Of a DNA stretch of 52,483 nucleotides, positions 10,041 to 19,095 are shown piece after piece. The DNA comes from an uncultured Slackia sp. (GTDB lineage Bacteria; Actinomycetota; Coriobacteriia; Coriobacteriales; Eggerthellaceae). The first letter of the stretch is position 1; each line of letters opens with the position of its first letter. Location of the stretch: the NCBI GenBank assembly GCA_900553775.1, contig USEZ01000001.1:1-52483 (forward strand). Reading direction: 5' to 3'. The position numbers and the translations under genes were made by a program. The notes beneath the pieces are model-generated. The model had not been told where the DNA came from, ran no database searches, and worked only from the letters and a program-made list of their open reading frames with translations.

Positions 10041-10240
10041 ACCGCACGGGCGCTCGCTGCCGCGCGCAGTTGGCGGGAAATCGGCGCGCCACACGCGTTC
10101 GTCCTCGCGGGGGAGGAAAAAGAAGTTTGCTGTCGGGCGCGCCGCTTTGCGGGATGCCCGACACTTTCATATAGGACATTCGATAGCGGCCGAAAAGCCG
10201 GACGGAATCCTTCGATAGACGATAAGCGGCCGCCGTTAAG

Positions 10241-10576
10241 CTACTCCTCGTAGAGCACCGTGTCGCCCGCCGTCACGCGGACGGGCATGCGCTTGCGGGA
10301 CGCGAAAATCCACTCATACCTGGGGTCTTTGTTGGGGCCAGGGACGAGTATCCGCTCGACGTGGAACGAGAGCTCGTACCATTCTTCGTAGCCAGGAAGG
10401 TTCCGAGTGTCCTCGCCAGGGTTCCACTCGCCGTTGTCCTCCCAATATCCATCGTCGCAGTAGCAGAGGTAAGAATCCCCCTCGCGATAGGTCACCGTGA
10501 GAGGCTCGTCCTCGTGCTTCAGGCTGTAGTTTTCGATCCGAATAACGCCAGCGTCTCTTTTTTCCATGAGGTTCAT
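10241..10576 (-). CDS. Small acidic hypothetical protein, candidate immunity protein
   Basis: AAAGGA RBS; ATG overlaps the upstream TGA; 111 aa rich in D/E/Y/W; lies directly downstream of a toxin-like ORF. Confidence 0.55.
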   Translation of the reverse strand: MNLMEKRDAGVIRIENYSLKHEDEPLTVTYREGDSYLCYCDDGYWEDNGEWNPGEDTRNLPGYEEWYELSFHVERILVPGPNKDPRYEWIFASRKRMPVRVTAGDTVLYEE

Positions 10577-10953
10577 GGCTGTTCCTTTTCTAACGGGACG
10601 GCAGGGGGCGATATGGCACCCTTTCTTGCTGTAATGAATGATTCCACGGGTCGTTGAGGCCCTATTGCAGCCATCGGAGTCACCCAGGTTCCGATGCACC
10701 TGTCGAAATCAATAACCTCCTTGTTCGGTTCCTGCCATCTGCCGCTTCCAGCATACCCCTCGACCAGACGCTGCGCCTCGGCGATCGAGAGGCGCAGGAC
10801 GCTCCTCCCAGGGATGTAGTTCTTGTGCCCGGGGACGTGCTTGCCCCGCCTATCCGCGTGGATGCGCGTGGTGAAGCCGTTCACCCTGCGAAACCCGTCG
10901 TCGCGAGAACCGCGCGCGCCGTCGAAGCGGCCGCCGCTAGAGAGCTTCGACAT
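10573..10953 (-). pseudogene. Ntox50 (polymorphic toxin type 50, BECR RNase)-like domain, frameshifted
   Basis: GKHVPGHKNYIPGRSVL..YAGSG..EVIDFDRCIG in one frame; TTRGIIHYSKKGCHIAP in another frame after a 1-nt slip near 10681. Confidence 0.7.
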
Positions 10954-11312
10954 CGAACCCCTTTCTCAATCAGACGTGGACAATGTCGGCCAGCTGGCTG
11001 ATTTCAGGGTATTTCCCGATGCTCATTGAGTCGTTCCCTCGCCGTTACGACGAACTTGCATTCGGTTATCGAAGATTGTCGAAACGAGGGGGAACGATGA
11101 AGGAGTTTTCGCGCGATTCAAAACGCTCAACCGTAAAAACCGATGTTCCGCCTGAAAAATGTGTTGTCGCGCACTTTTAAGGCCTTATTTCTGCGTGGTC
11201 GGACACTTTTCAGGACATAACCATCCCGCCAGCACAGTGGCCGGACCTCCTGGTAAAATAAATGATTTTCCAAAAACAAGCACCGTCCGGAACTTCCTTG
11301 CGTGCCGACTGA

Positions 11313-11657
11313 TTGGACAACACCGCGAACCATTCCGAAATCTCGAGCTTCATCTGAGGGGCCGCCGACCTTCTGCGGCCCAGCTTCAAGCGGCACGAAT
11401 GCGGCGACATCATTCTGCCGCTCACGATCATGCGCCGCCTTGACATGGTGCTCGAGCCCACCAAGCAGCAGGTGTTCGACGCGGCGGCCAAGCCGTTGCC
11501 CGACGCTCTGCGCGACGGCGGCGTGGTGGGCTACGAGATTCCGTTCACCAGGCATTTCTACGAATATACGCCCCTGCGCCCCAGCGCCGACATCCTGGCC
11601 GAAATCCGCGAACTGGAGGCCGACATCGCCGAGAAGCTGGAAGGGGTTCTTCAATAA
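11313..11657 (+). pseudogene. hsdM: Internally deleted type I R-M methyltransferase (hsdM) remnant
   Basis: SSFI*GAADLLR..F...ECGDIILPLTIMRRLDMVLEPTK (HsdM N-terminus, TGA at 11355) fused in frame to VGYEIPFTRHFYEY.PLRP...I.AEI..LEA.I (HsdM extreme C-terminus). Confidence 0.8.
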
Positions 11658-11743
11658 AAAAATCCGCTGACCCCCTCTGATGCAATCTACCCACCAGCAA
11701 AGTCCGCGTGCGGGCGGCGTCTACTGAGAGGAGGCGACCGCCT

Positions 11744-11827
11744 ATGAACACGTTTCTTGAAATCCTGAGCGTCCTCGCCAGCCTGGCGGGCATCTGGTCG
11801 CTGCTCCTGGAGCTGCACGACCGATGA
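11744..11827 (+). CDS. 27-aa hydrophobic peptide, type I toxin-like
   Basis: AGGAGG RBS; MNTFLEILSVLASLAGIWSLLLELHDR*; frame continues with a charged tail to TAA at 11899; hairpin AGACCGG-cggcca-CCGGTCT follows. Confidence 0.45.
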   Translation: MNTFLEILSVLASLAGIWSLLLELHDR

Positions 11828-12034
11828 CGGGAACATAGACACGACAAACGGATGACCAAGGAAGAAAAAGAAGAGACCGGCGGCCACCGGTCTTTCTAAT
11901 TCGCTATACCTTGCGCCGCCCGTGACCCGTTAACGACAACCGGGCTTTGCTTGTACCTTCTCATCGTAGCAGAGCCACCACCCATCGCATCGGAGAATCC
12001 GAGCCGCGCTGACGAAACCGGCAGCAACGCCGGC

Positions 12035-13204
12035 CTAGTACATCATGCCAAAAGCCCACAGGGGAATCACGTTGCCGTACCCGTATTCGATATCGTCTTT
12101 CACCACGAAAGCGTTCTCGATACCAACAACCTGGCTTTGTCCCTTGCTCTTGCCGCCGACCTCGAACGTAATTCCGTCTATGCGGAAATCGGAAATAGGC
12201 GAAGCAACCACATCATGCCCCACGCGTGCCTGGTTCAGGAAGAACGTCTCGCGCACGGTTCCGGAATCGGTCTCGCTACCGCCCAGACAATGCAAGATAT
12301 TCGGATTGTCCAGGTAGACCTTCTCGGCCTTCCCTAGCGCGCCCAATCCGCCCGCACCGTTTCGCAGCTGCGCGATCATGCCGGCCTTCTCAAGGTACAT
12401 CAGGTATTCCTCGACCACGTTGCGACTGACCTGCAGCTGCTTGGCCAAGCCAGACATGTTGGGCTTGAACGGAACCAGCGTGCTGATCACGGCAAGCAGC
12501 TTTTTGAGCTTGCGGCCGGTCAAGGCCGTCATGCCTGCGAACAGAGGGATGTCCACCTCGAGAGTACGTGAAATCACCTGTTCGAGTTCCGTTGGGAAAT
12601 CGGCGTCCGCGCCGAACGGGTAGTATCCCGACTGCAGATAGTCGTGGAAATACGGAAGCGGCCGCATGAGCGACGGGGTTTCGGCTTTGTGCGCCAGTAC
12701 GTCCTCGAGCGTAAGCACCGGCAGCTCGATTCCGTGCCGGATGGCCAGATACTCGCGAAACGACAGCCCCTGCATCAGATAGCGGGGAGCACGGCGGCTC
12801 AGGTCGGCCTCGCCCTTCTCGATATCGAGGATGGACGACCCGGTGAAGCACACGTGAAGCTGAGGGAATGCGTCGTACATGAGCTTGAGCTCGCGCGACC
12901 AGCCCGGATACTTGTGGACCTCGTCGATGAACAGGTGCGTGCCGCCGGCCTTGCAGAACGCCTCAGCCGCATCGAACAGCGTATGCGCGGTGAAATACAA
13001 GTCGTCGGCGGAAAAATACAGCGTATCGGACAGGTCATGGGCGTTCTTGATGCGCTGTAGGAACAGCGTGGTCTTACCCACGCCTCGCGGACCCATCAGG
13101 CCAAGCATGCGATTATCCCAGTTGATGCGATCGTACATGTACCTGCGGAAGTCCTGAGGCGCATACGCCAACTGACGCCGCATCTGCTCGTAAAGCCTCT
13201 CCAT
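12035..13204 (-). CDS. AAA_14-type ATP-binding protein with C-terminal DUF4143-like region
   Basis: Walker A GPRGVGKTT, Walker B LFIDEVHKY, TGSS, DLSRR, LSFREY, KVYLDNPN, RETFF, FEVGGKSK; GGGAGG RBS. Confidence 0.88.
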   Translation of the reverse strand: MERLYEQMRRQLAYAPQDFRRYMYDRINWDNRMLGLMGPRGVGKTTLFLQRIKNAHDLSDTLYFSADDLYFTAHTLFDAAEAFCKAGGTHLFIDEVHKYPGWSRELKLMYDAFPQLHVCFTGSSILDIEKGEADLSRRAPRYLMQGLSFREYLAIRHGIELPVLTLEDVLAHKAETPSLMRPLPYFHDYLQSGYYPFGADADFPTELEQVISRTLEVDIPLFAGMTALTGRKLKKLLAVISTLVPFKPNMSGLAKQLQVSRNVVEEYLMYLEKAGMIAQLRNGAGGLGALGKAEKVYLDNPNILHCLGGSETDSGTVRETFFLNQARVGHDVVASPISDFRIDGITFEVGGKSKGQSQVVGIENAFVVKDDIEYGYGNVIPLWAFGMMY

Positions 13205-13228
13205 TGGGCCGCCTCCCTTGAAACGTCA

Positions 13229-13360
13229 TGCACTAAAGCAATGCATAACTTCTTACTTCTTGCACTATTATAGTGCAGTATTTTGGGCTATCGGGCAATT
13301 TGAGCTTATTTTGCACTTCTATAGTGCAAAATTATTCAAATAATGCACTATAGCAGTGCA
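13229..13360. promoter_or_regulatory. Four copies of a 17-bp palindrome TGCACT-N5-AGTGCA upstream of the AAA ATPase
   Basis: Copies at 13229 (one mismatch), 13261, 13312 and 13344 in an AT-rich tract. Confidence 0.75.
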
Positions 13361-13688
13361 TTATTTTTGGCCTGACAAAGCCTTTTCCTTCCTGCGGGGC
13401 CATGCTGGCCCCGAACCTCCAAAGAATGCCGGCGATTCCGTCGGCGGAATTCTTGGAATAGGTGGCGAGGAAGACTTTGAGAGGCGTATTTCGACGAGAG
13501 CGACCCTGGCCGCGTACGGCGCGCGTGAAGGGCTGGCTGGCGCCCGCAAGCTCAGTTCGTCCGCAGGCCATCCGCACGCATCCGGTCGGCCTATACGAAA
13601 AGCCGCCCGTGCCGCGGCGCGACGAAGCGCTTTTTCGAACTCCTATAATGGCGAAAAACACCTCTACGAACAAGCAAGGAGCAACCCC

Positions 13689-14714
13689 ATGAATGACGAA
13701 ACCGTTTTGCTCGGCCATGGGTCGGGCGGCACCATGATGAAACGGATCATCGACGAGGTGTTCGCCGCATCTTACGGCAGCGAAGAGCTTGCCCAGGGCG
13801 ACGACGCCGCCGTTCTTCCCGCGCCCGCGCCGGGCGAGCGTCTGGCGTTTTCCACCGATACCTTCGTGGTGACGCCGCACTTCTTCCCCGGCGGAAACAT
13901 CGGACATTTGGCCGTATGCGGCACGGTGAACGACGTGGCCACCAGCGGCGCGAACGTGAAATACCTGTCGGTGGGCATGGTGCTCGAAGAGGGCTTTCCC
14001 ATGGACGATTTGCGCCGCATCTGCGCCACGATCGCCGAAACCGCGCGCGAAGCGGGCGTGCACATCGTCACGGGCGACACCAAGGTGGTCAACCGCGGCC
14101 ACGGCGACGGCATCTACATCAACACCGCAGGCGTCGGCCTGATTCCTGCCGGACGCGACCTTTCGGGCGCTTACTGCAAGCCGGGCGACAAAGTGCTCGT
14201 CAGCGGAACGCTGGGCGACCACGGCATCGCCATCATGAGCCAGCGCGAAGGCCTGGCGTTTTCCACATCCATCGAAAGCGATGCCGCGCCGCTCAACGGG
14301 CTTATCGCCGACGTGCTCGAAGCGGCCCCCGGCACGCGTTGCTTCCGCGACCCCACGCGCGGCGGCATCGCGTCGACGCTCAACGAGTTCGCCGCGCAGT
14401 CGGGCGTGGACATCACGATCCGCGAAGACGACGTGCCCGTGAAAGATGCCGTGCGCGGCGCGTGCAACATGCTGGGATACGACGTGTTCCAGGTGGCTAA
14501 CGAAGGAAAGATGGTATGCGTGGCGCCCGCCGACCAAGCCGAAGCGGCCCTTGCCGCCATGCGCGCGCATCGCTACGGCGCCGATGCCGCCATCATCGGC
14601 GAGGTGTCCGAAGCATCGCCCGAGCGCGGCCCCAAGGTGTTCCTGCAAACCGGCTTCGGCAGCAAGCGCATCCTTGACATGCTCGTCGGCGAACAGCTGC
14701 CGCGCATCTGCTAG
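13689..14714 (+). CDS. hypE: Hydrogenase maturation protein HypE
   Basis: LGHGSGG, DDAA, TDTFVV.P.FFPGG.IG, GTVND, RDPTRGG, ANEGK, C-terminal LPRIC; AAGGAG RBS. Confidence 0.98.
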   Translation: MNDETVLLGHGSGGTMMKRIIDEVFAASYGSEELAQGDDAAVLPAPAPGERLAFSTDTFVVTPHFFPGGNIGHLAVCGTVNDVATSGANVKYLSVGMVLEEGFPMDDLRRICATIAETAREAGVHIVTGDTKVVNRGHGDGIYINTAGVGLIPAGRDLSGAYCKPGDKVLVSGTLGDHGIAIMSQREGLAFSTSIESDAAPLNGLIADVLEAAPGTRCFRDPTRGGIASTLNEFAAQSGVDITIREDDVPVKDAVRGACNMLGYDVFQVANEGKMVCVAPADQAEAALAAMRAHRYGADAAIIGEVSEASPERGPKVFLQTGFGSKRILDMLVGEQLPRIC

Positions 14715-14998
14715 AAAGACGCGACGGACCGCGAGAGCAACGAAGGAGCCGAGGAAGGCCGAACCGACAGGCCGCCCTGTTCAGCAAGCAGGGTGCAAGG
14801 CGATGGCGACAATTCCGCAGCCACCGCCCTCGCGCAAGCGAATGCGGCACGCGCCCGTCACTGTCTCTTCATACGGAAGGCTGAAAAGTGGCAGACGACA
14901 TGGTGCTTTTGTTACAATGCTTCGAACAAAGCGAAAAATATCCAAACGGCGCACGGTGTTCGTGCGCCGTTTTATTGCCTGTCGTTTTCGAGAAAGAG

Positions 14999-16774
14999 AT
15001 GCCCATGCTTGCCAGCGAAACCGAGAAGCTTTATCCCGCTTCGAAAACCCTGGTGCGCGACAAGGTTGCCAGCCGCATCCACGCCAAAGACCACACGCTC
15101 TATGCGTTCGACGAAGGCGCCTGCGAATGCGCGGCTGATTTCATGGGATGGGCCGATTTGGGAACGAACCCGCCATATCCCTGCGAGAAAATCCAGGCAT
15201 TCGCGGCCGAAGCCATCGCCGATGGTATCGAAACGGTGCTGTTGATCGGCCAGGGCGGCTCGACCCAAGCGCCGATGACCATCACCAAATACAACAAGAT
15301 CGACCGCAACGCCGTCGATTTCAAAGTGCTCGACTCCGTGTCGCCCGTGCGCGTGCGCACGATTCTCACAGGCATCGACCTGGAGAAAACCCTCGTGCTG
15401 GTATCGAGCAAATCGGGCGGCACCATCGAGATGCGCAGCGTGCTCGATGCCGTAATCGACCATTTCGCCGAATCCATGCCGGCCGAGCGCGTCGCCTCCC
15501 ACCTCGTGGCCATCACCGACCCCGGCAGCGGCCTTGAAGCGCGCGCCCGCAGCGAGCACTGGCGCGCATGCTTCCCCGGCGAACCCACCGTGGGCGGCCG
15601 CTTCAGCGCGCTGTCAGTGTTCGGCCTTGTTCCCGCCGCGCTCGCCGGCATCGACCTGGCCGATTTCCTCGGCCATGCCAAAGAAGCCGAAGCCGCATGC
15701 AGCGAAGACGCCGTGGACAACCCCGCCATCGCTCTGGCATCGTTCCTTTTCGACAACTACCTGGCAGGACGCGATAAGTTCTGCTTCTTCACGCCGAAGC
15801 GCGGGCGCGTTTTGGGCCTGTGGATCGAGCAGCTGGTGGCCGAAAGCCTGGGCAAAAACGGCCTGGGCATTCTGCCGAACATCGAAATCGACACGCTGCT
15901 TTTGGCCGAAGACCCCAAAGACCGCTGCGTGATCACCTATTCCACCAAAACCGACCTGTGGGACGAACGCAAGAATTTCGACCTGAGCCTGGCATACCTC
16001 GACGACGCCATTCCGCGTCTGTCGTATCGCATCGAAAGCGTGGCCGAGCTGGCCGAGCACTTCGTGATGTGGGAATACGCCACCGCCATGTGCGGCTACC
16101 TTTTGAAGGTATGCCCGTTCGACCAGCCCGACGTGGCATCCACCAAGGCGGCGGCGCTGAAGATTCTGGAAGAAGGCCAGCCTGCGCCCGATTTCGAAGA
16201 GCCGTTCATCGGGCACGTCCATATGGGCGAGGCCGAAGTCACCATGGCCCCCTGCGTCAAGGCCGACACGCTCATGGACGCGCTCTACCGCCTGTTCTCG
16301 TCGGTGCAGCCGGGCGATTATTTCGCGCTCAACGCATTCCTTCCCTTCGATGGCGAAGGCCGCCGCGAGGCTCTCGAAACCATCCGTCACGGCGTTGCCG
16401 ACAAGCTGGGCGTGGCATCGTGCCTGGAAATCGGGCCGCGCTACCTGCATTCCACCGGCCAGCTGCACAAAGGCGGCCCCAACAAGGGCGTGTTCCTGCT
16501 TATTTCCGCCGACGAGCTCAAAGACATCCCGCTTTCCAACGTGGAGGCCGAAAGCCTGGGAACGCTCGCGAAAGCGCAGGCGGCGGCCGACCTGTCCATT
16601 CTGATCGACCGCGGGCGTCGCTGCATGCATCTGCACCTGCCCGACAACTCGGGCGTCACGATCCGCGCGCTCGGCGATGCCGTGACGCGCGTGCTCTACC
16701 GCATCGACGCCGAACGCGAAGCCGCAGCAGCGAAGGCGGCCGCAGAAGCGGAAGAAGATTCGTCCGAAGCGTAA
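14999..16774 (+). CDS. pgi: Glucose-6-phosphate isomerase
   Basis: IGQGGS, VSSKSGGTIE, AITDPGS, VGGRFSALSVFGL, QLVAESLGK, FDQPDV, GPRYLHSTGQLHKGGP; start 14999 or 15005. Confidence 0.88.
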   Translation: MPMLASETEKLYPASKTLVRDKVASRIHAKDHTLYAFDEGACECAADFMGWADLGTNPPYPCEKIQAFAAEAIADGIETVLLIGQGGSTQAPMTITKYNKIDRNAVDFKVLDSVSPVRVRTILTGIDLEKTLVLVSSKSGGTIEMRSVLDAVIDHFAESMPAERVASHLVAITDPGSGLEARARSEHWRACFPGEPTVGGRFSALSVFGLVPAALAGIDLADFLGHAKEAEAACSEDAVDNPAIALASFLFDNYLAGRDKFCFFTPKRGRVLGLWIEQLVAESLGKNGLGILPNIEIDTLLLAEDPKDRCVITYSTKTDLWDERKNFDLSLAYLDDAIPRLSYRIESVAELAEHFVMWEYATAMCGYLLKVCPFDQPDVASTKAAALKILEEGQPAPDFEEPFIGHVHMGEAEVTMAPCVKADTLMDALYRLFSSVQPGDYFALNAFLPFDGEGRREALETIRHGVADKLGVASCLEIGPRYLHSTGQLHKGGPNKGVFLLISADELKDIPLSNVEAESLGTLAKAQAAADLSILIDRGRRCMHLHLPDNSGVTIRALGDAVTRVLYRIDAEREAAAAKAAAEAEEDSSEA

Positions 16775-16953
16775 GGGCGGCGAAACCCGATATCGTCGAA
16801 ACCTCCGAAGCGGTCAGGCACCTGCGCCTGGCCGCTTTTTCATGCCGTCGCACGGCGAGCGGCCGTGCCATCCCTCCATTCCCCCATTCCTCGAATTGCA
16901 CAAAAACGCCGCTGCGAACGATGCCCGAAAGCGCGCGTAGCGCCGAAAAGCTA

Positions 16954-17016
16954 TACTGCAGAACTAGGGAACTTTACTAGGGAACTGAGGAACTTTACTG
17001 CGGAACTAGGGAACAC
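16954..17016. repeat. Three imperfect 21-bp tandem repeats (TACTGCAGAACTAGGGAACTT type)
   Basis: Units at 16954, 16975 and 16996. Confidence 0.75.
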
Positions 17017-17250
17017 AGCTCAGACCCGATTCGAGAGAAAACGCAAGCATCGGGGCTTTCCGTGAAAACCGTCCGGCGCTATATATCGCAATTGCTCGAC
17101 GAAGGAACCATCGACGCCATAGGCGCCATGAACAGCCCGAATCGCAGATATCGTCTGAGCCGATAAAAAGCATGGGCCGAAAACAACCAAGGCGGGCAGG
17201 GAAAACCCCGCCCGCCTCGCAATCGGCAACCATCAGCCTAGACGGCTGCT

Positions 17251-18858
17251 CTACATCACGCCGCCCTCGATGGCGTTCATCATGACCTGTGCCATGGTAG
17301 CGCGCGTCACGACGCCCTGCGGACGAACATGGCGCCCATCGGGCTCGCTCACGCCGTTGACGACGCCGTTGTCCATGCACCAGGCAACGCTCTCGCTGGC
17401 CCAAGAGCTCACTTCGTCGTGGCCTTGCGTCGAAAGCATGTCGGACCAGTCGGCACCGGCAATATCCGCACCGCGGAACGATGAGGCGGCGCGGGCCACC
17501 ATCGTGCACAGTTCCTCACGCGTGATGGTGTCGTGCGGGTCGAAACTGGCCGTGCCGTCAGGATGCACGCGCCCGCCAATCACTCCCGTGCCCACGGCCC
17601 AGTTCGCCGCGTTGGTATACCACGTGTAGCCCTCGACATCGGCCATGCCGGTCCGGTTGTCCTGGTAGTGGTCGAGATCCATTTCAGGCGTGAAATAACG
17701 GCACAGAATCACGGCGGCCTGGGCGCGCGTCAGCGTGTCATCGGGACCGAAAAAGCCCGTATCGCCATAACCTTGGACCAAGCCATACGATGCCGCATAC
17801 ATCACCGGCTCGTAATACCACGACCCAGGCGCGACGTCGAGGAAGTCTTGCAGCTCGAGATTCCGATCGACGATTCGGAAGTTGACCTCTTTAACGCCCG
17901 CGAACGCACCGCCTATCGCTTTGACGATAACGGTTGCCGTGCCGGGCTCGATGTTGTTTTCGTACGAGAGCGTGTAATCGACGCCCTCCTCAAAAACGCG
18001 CCCCTCAAACGATACGACGGGCTTCGGACACACAGGCTCTCCCGTATAATCATACGAATCGTCGGGGAGGCGTATCTCGATCTGGGACATATCGATGAAG
18101 CCAGACGAAGTCACCGAAACGCAGGTCGCCCTTCTCAAGTCTCCATTGACCAGGCAATAGACACCCGTCCGACCAACCGCAATCGGCGTAAAACGCACAA
18201 GCGGCTGACACGTGCCATCGTCATACTTAATGCGCTCAATGGAATCGAGGCGCAGAATCGACTCGTCGGCTATCACCCATTCAACGACGTCCGTGTCCGA
18301 TGTATATGGACCGTAAAGGCCGGGATATTCGCCCATCAACTCATAAATCACATCGACTGCGGAGTTATCCGGAGCATAGATTGCAAAGCAAGAAGAATCC
18401 ATATCCATGGTGAGCTTGCCTTGAGACTCAACGGAATAGTACCGATTCCAAACCTCGCCCTCGACACCACGAGAGTCGACGAAGCACACTCTCTTAGCCT
18501 GCCACATATCGGGCCACAGGACTCCTTCGGGAGGGTCTATTTCGCACCTAAAGCGATTGTTGCCCATCGGGGAAGCTTCAAGCTTCCATGAAGTGCCCTC
18601 GTCGACCGATTCCAGCCAGACCGCCGTGACCGTCGTTCCCGGAGCGGCCTGCACTTCCAAACGCGCATCGTCTCCAGGCATAATCACCCTGGGAAGCGCT
18701 TCGACCGATACGATTTCCGACGATGCCGCCGGCGCGGCCGTAGTCGCCCCCGCAAGGTCCGCCGAAGCATCTTCTTCAGCTGCGAGCGCCAGGGTCGGCG
18801 TGCAAAGCATCAGGGCACCTGCGCAGAACAACGCCGCGACAAAGCCCGCAATCCTCAT
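17251..18858 (-). CDS. Secreted S-layer-homology (SLH) domain surface protein; strong upstream start at 18887 is out of frame through a C8 tract
   Basis: Signal peptide ending ALA-AEE; C-terminal SLH repeats (FLDVAPGSWY..., FGPDDTLTRAQAA, FDPHDTITREEL, VRPQGVVTRATMA). Confidence 0.85.
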   Translation of the reverse strand: MRIAGFVAALFCAGALMLCTPTLALAAEEDASADLAGATTAAPAASSEIVSVEALPRVIMPGDDARLEVQAAPGTTVTAVWLESVDEGTSWKLEASPMGNNRFRCEIDPPEGVLWPDMWQAKRVCFVDSRGVEGEVWNRYYSVESQGKLTMDMDSSCFAIYAPDNSAVDVIYELMGEYPGLYGPYTSDTDVVEWVIADESILRLDSIERIKYDDGTCQPLVRFTPIAVGRTGVYCLVNGDLRRATCVSVTSSGFIDMSQIEIRLPDDSYDYTGEPVCPKPVVSFEGRVFEEGVDYTLSYENNIEPGTATVIVKAIGGAFAGVKEVNFRIVDRNLELQDFLDVAPGSWYYEPVMYAASYGLVQGYGDTGFFGPDDTLTRAQAAVILCRYFTPEMDLDHYQDNRTGMADVEGYTWYTNAANWAVGTGVIGGRVHPDGTASFDPHDTITREELCTMVARAASSFRGADIAGADWSDMLSTQGHDEVSSWASESVAWCMDNGVVNGVSEPDGRHVRPQGVVTRATMAQVMMNAIEGGVM

Positions 18859-19033
18859 CGCCGGGGGGGGTAAAACTTTCCTTTCATGCGTTCCTCCTTG
18901 TCCTCGAACACGACGTCAAGCCGCCGAAAGGCAGCTGCCGTCCATCCTGTTTCATTGTACGACCCAGCAAGCGAAGCGATAAACCCGTTCGCCGAATGGC
19001 GCATCCCTTACCGCAGAATATCCCCGGGAACGC

Positions 19034-19063
19034 AAAAGCGGGCGAAGGATATCCCTCGCCCGC
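19034..19063 (-). terminator. Intrinsic terminator after panF
   Basis: GCGGGCGA...TCGCCCGC hairpin with a U-run on the minus strand. Confidence 0.55.
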
Positions 19064-19095
19064 TCGGGGTCATTGCGCGCAAACGCGGATTCGCG

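Noticed and set aside
13229..13360. CRISPR array interpretation of the palindromic repeats
   Set aside because: Repeats are only 17 bp, spacers are 15/34/15 bp, and no cas genes are in the window.
16954..17016. CRISPR or coding-repeat interpretation (ORF 16865..17065)
   Set aside because: Units are directly tandem without spacers; the ORF has no RBS or recognisable family.
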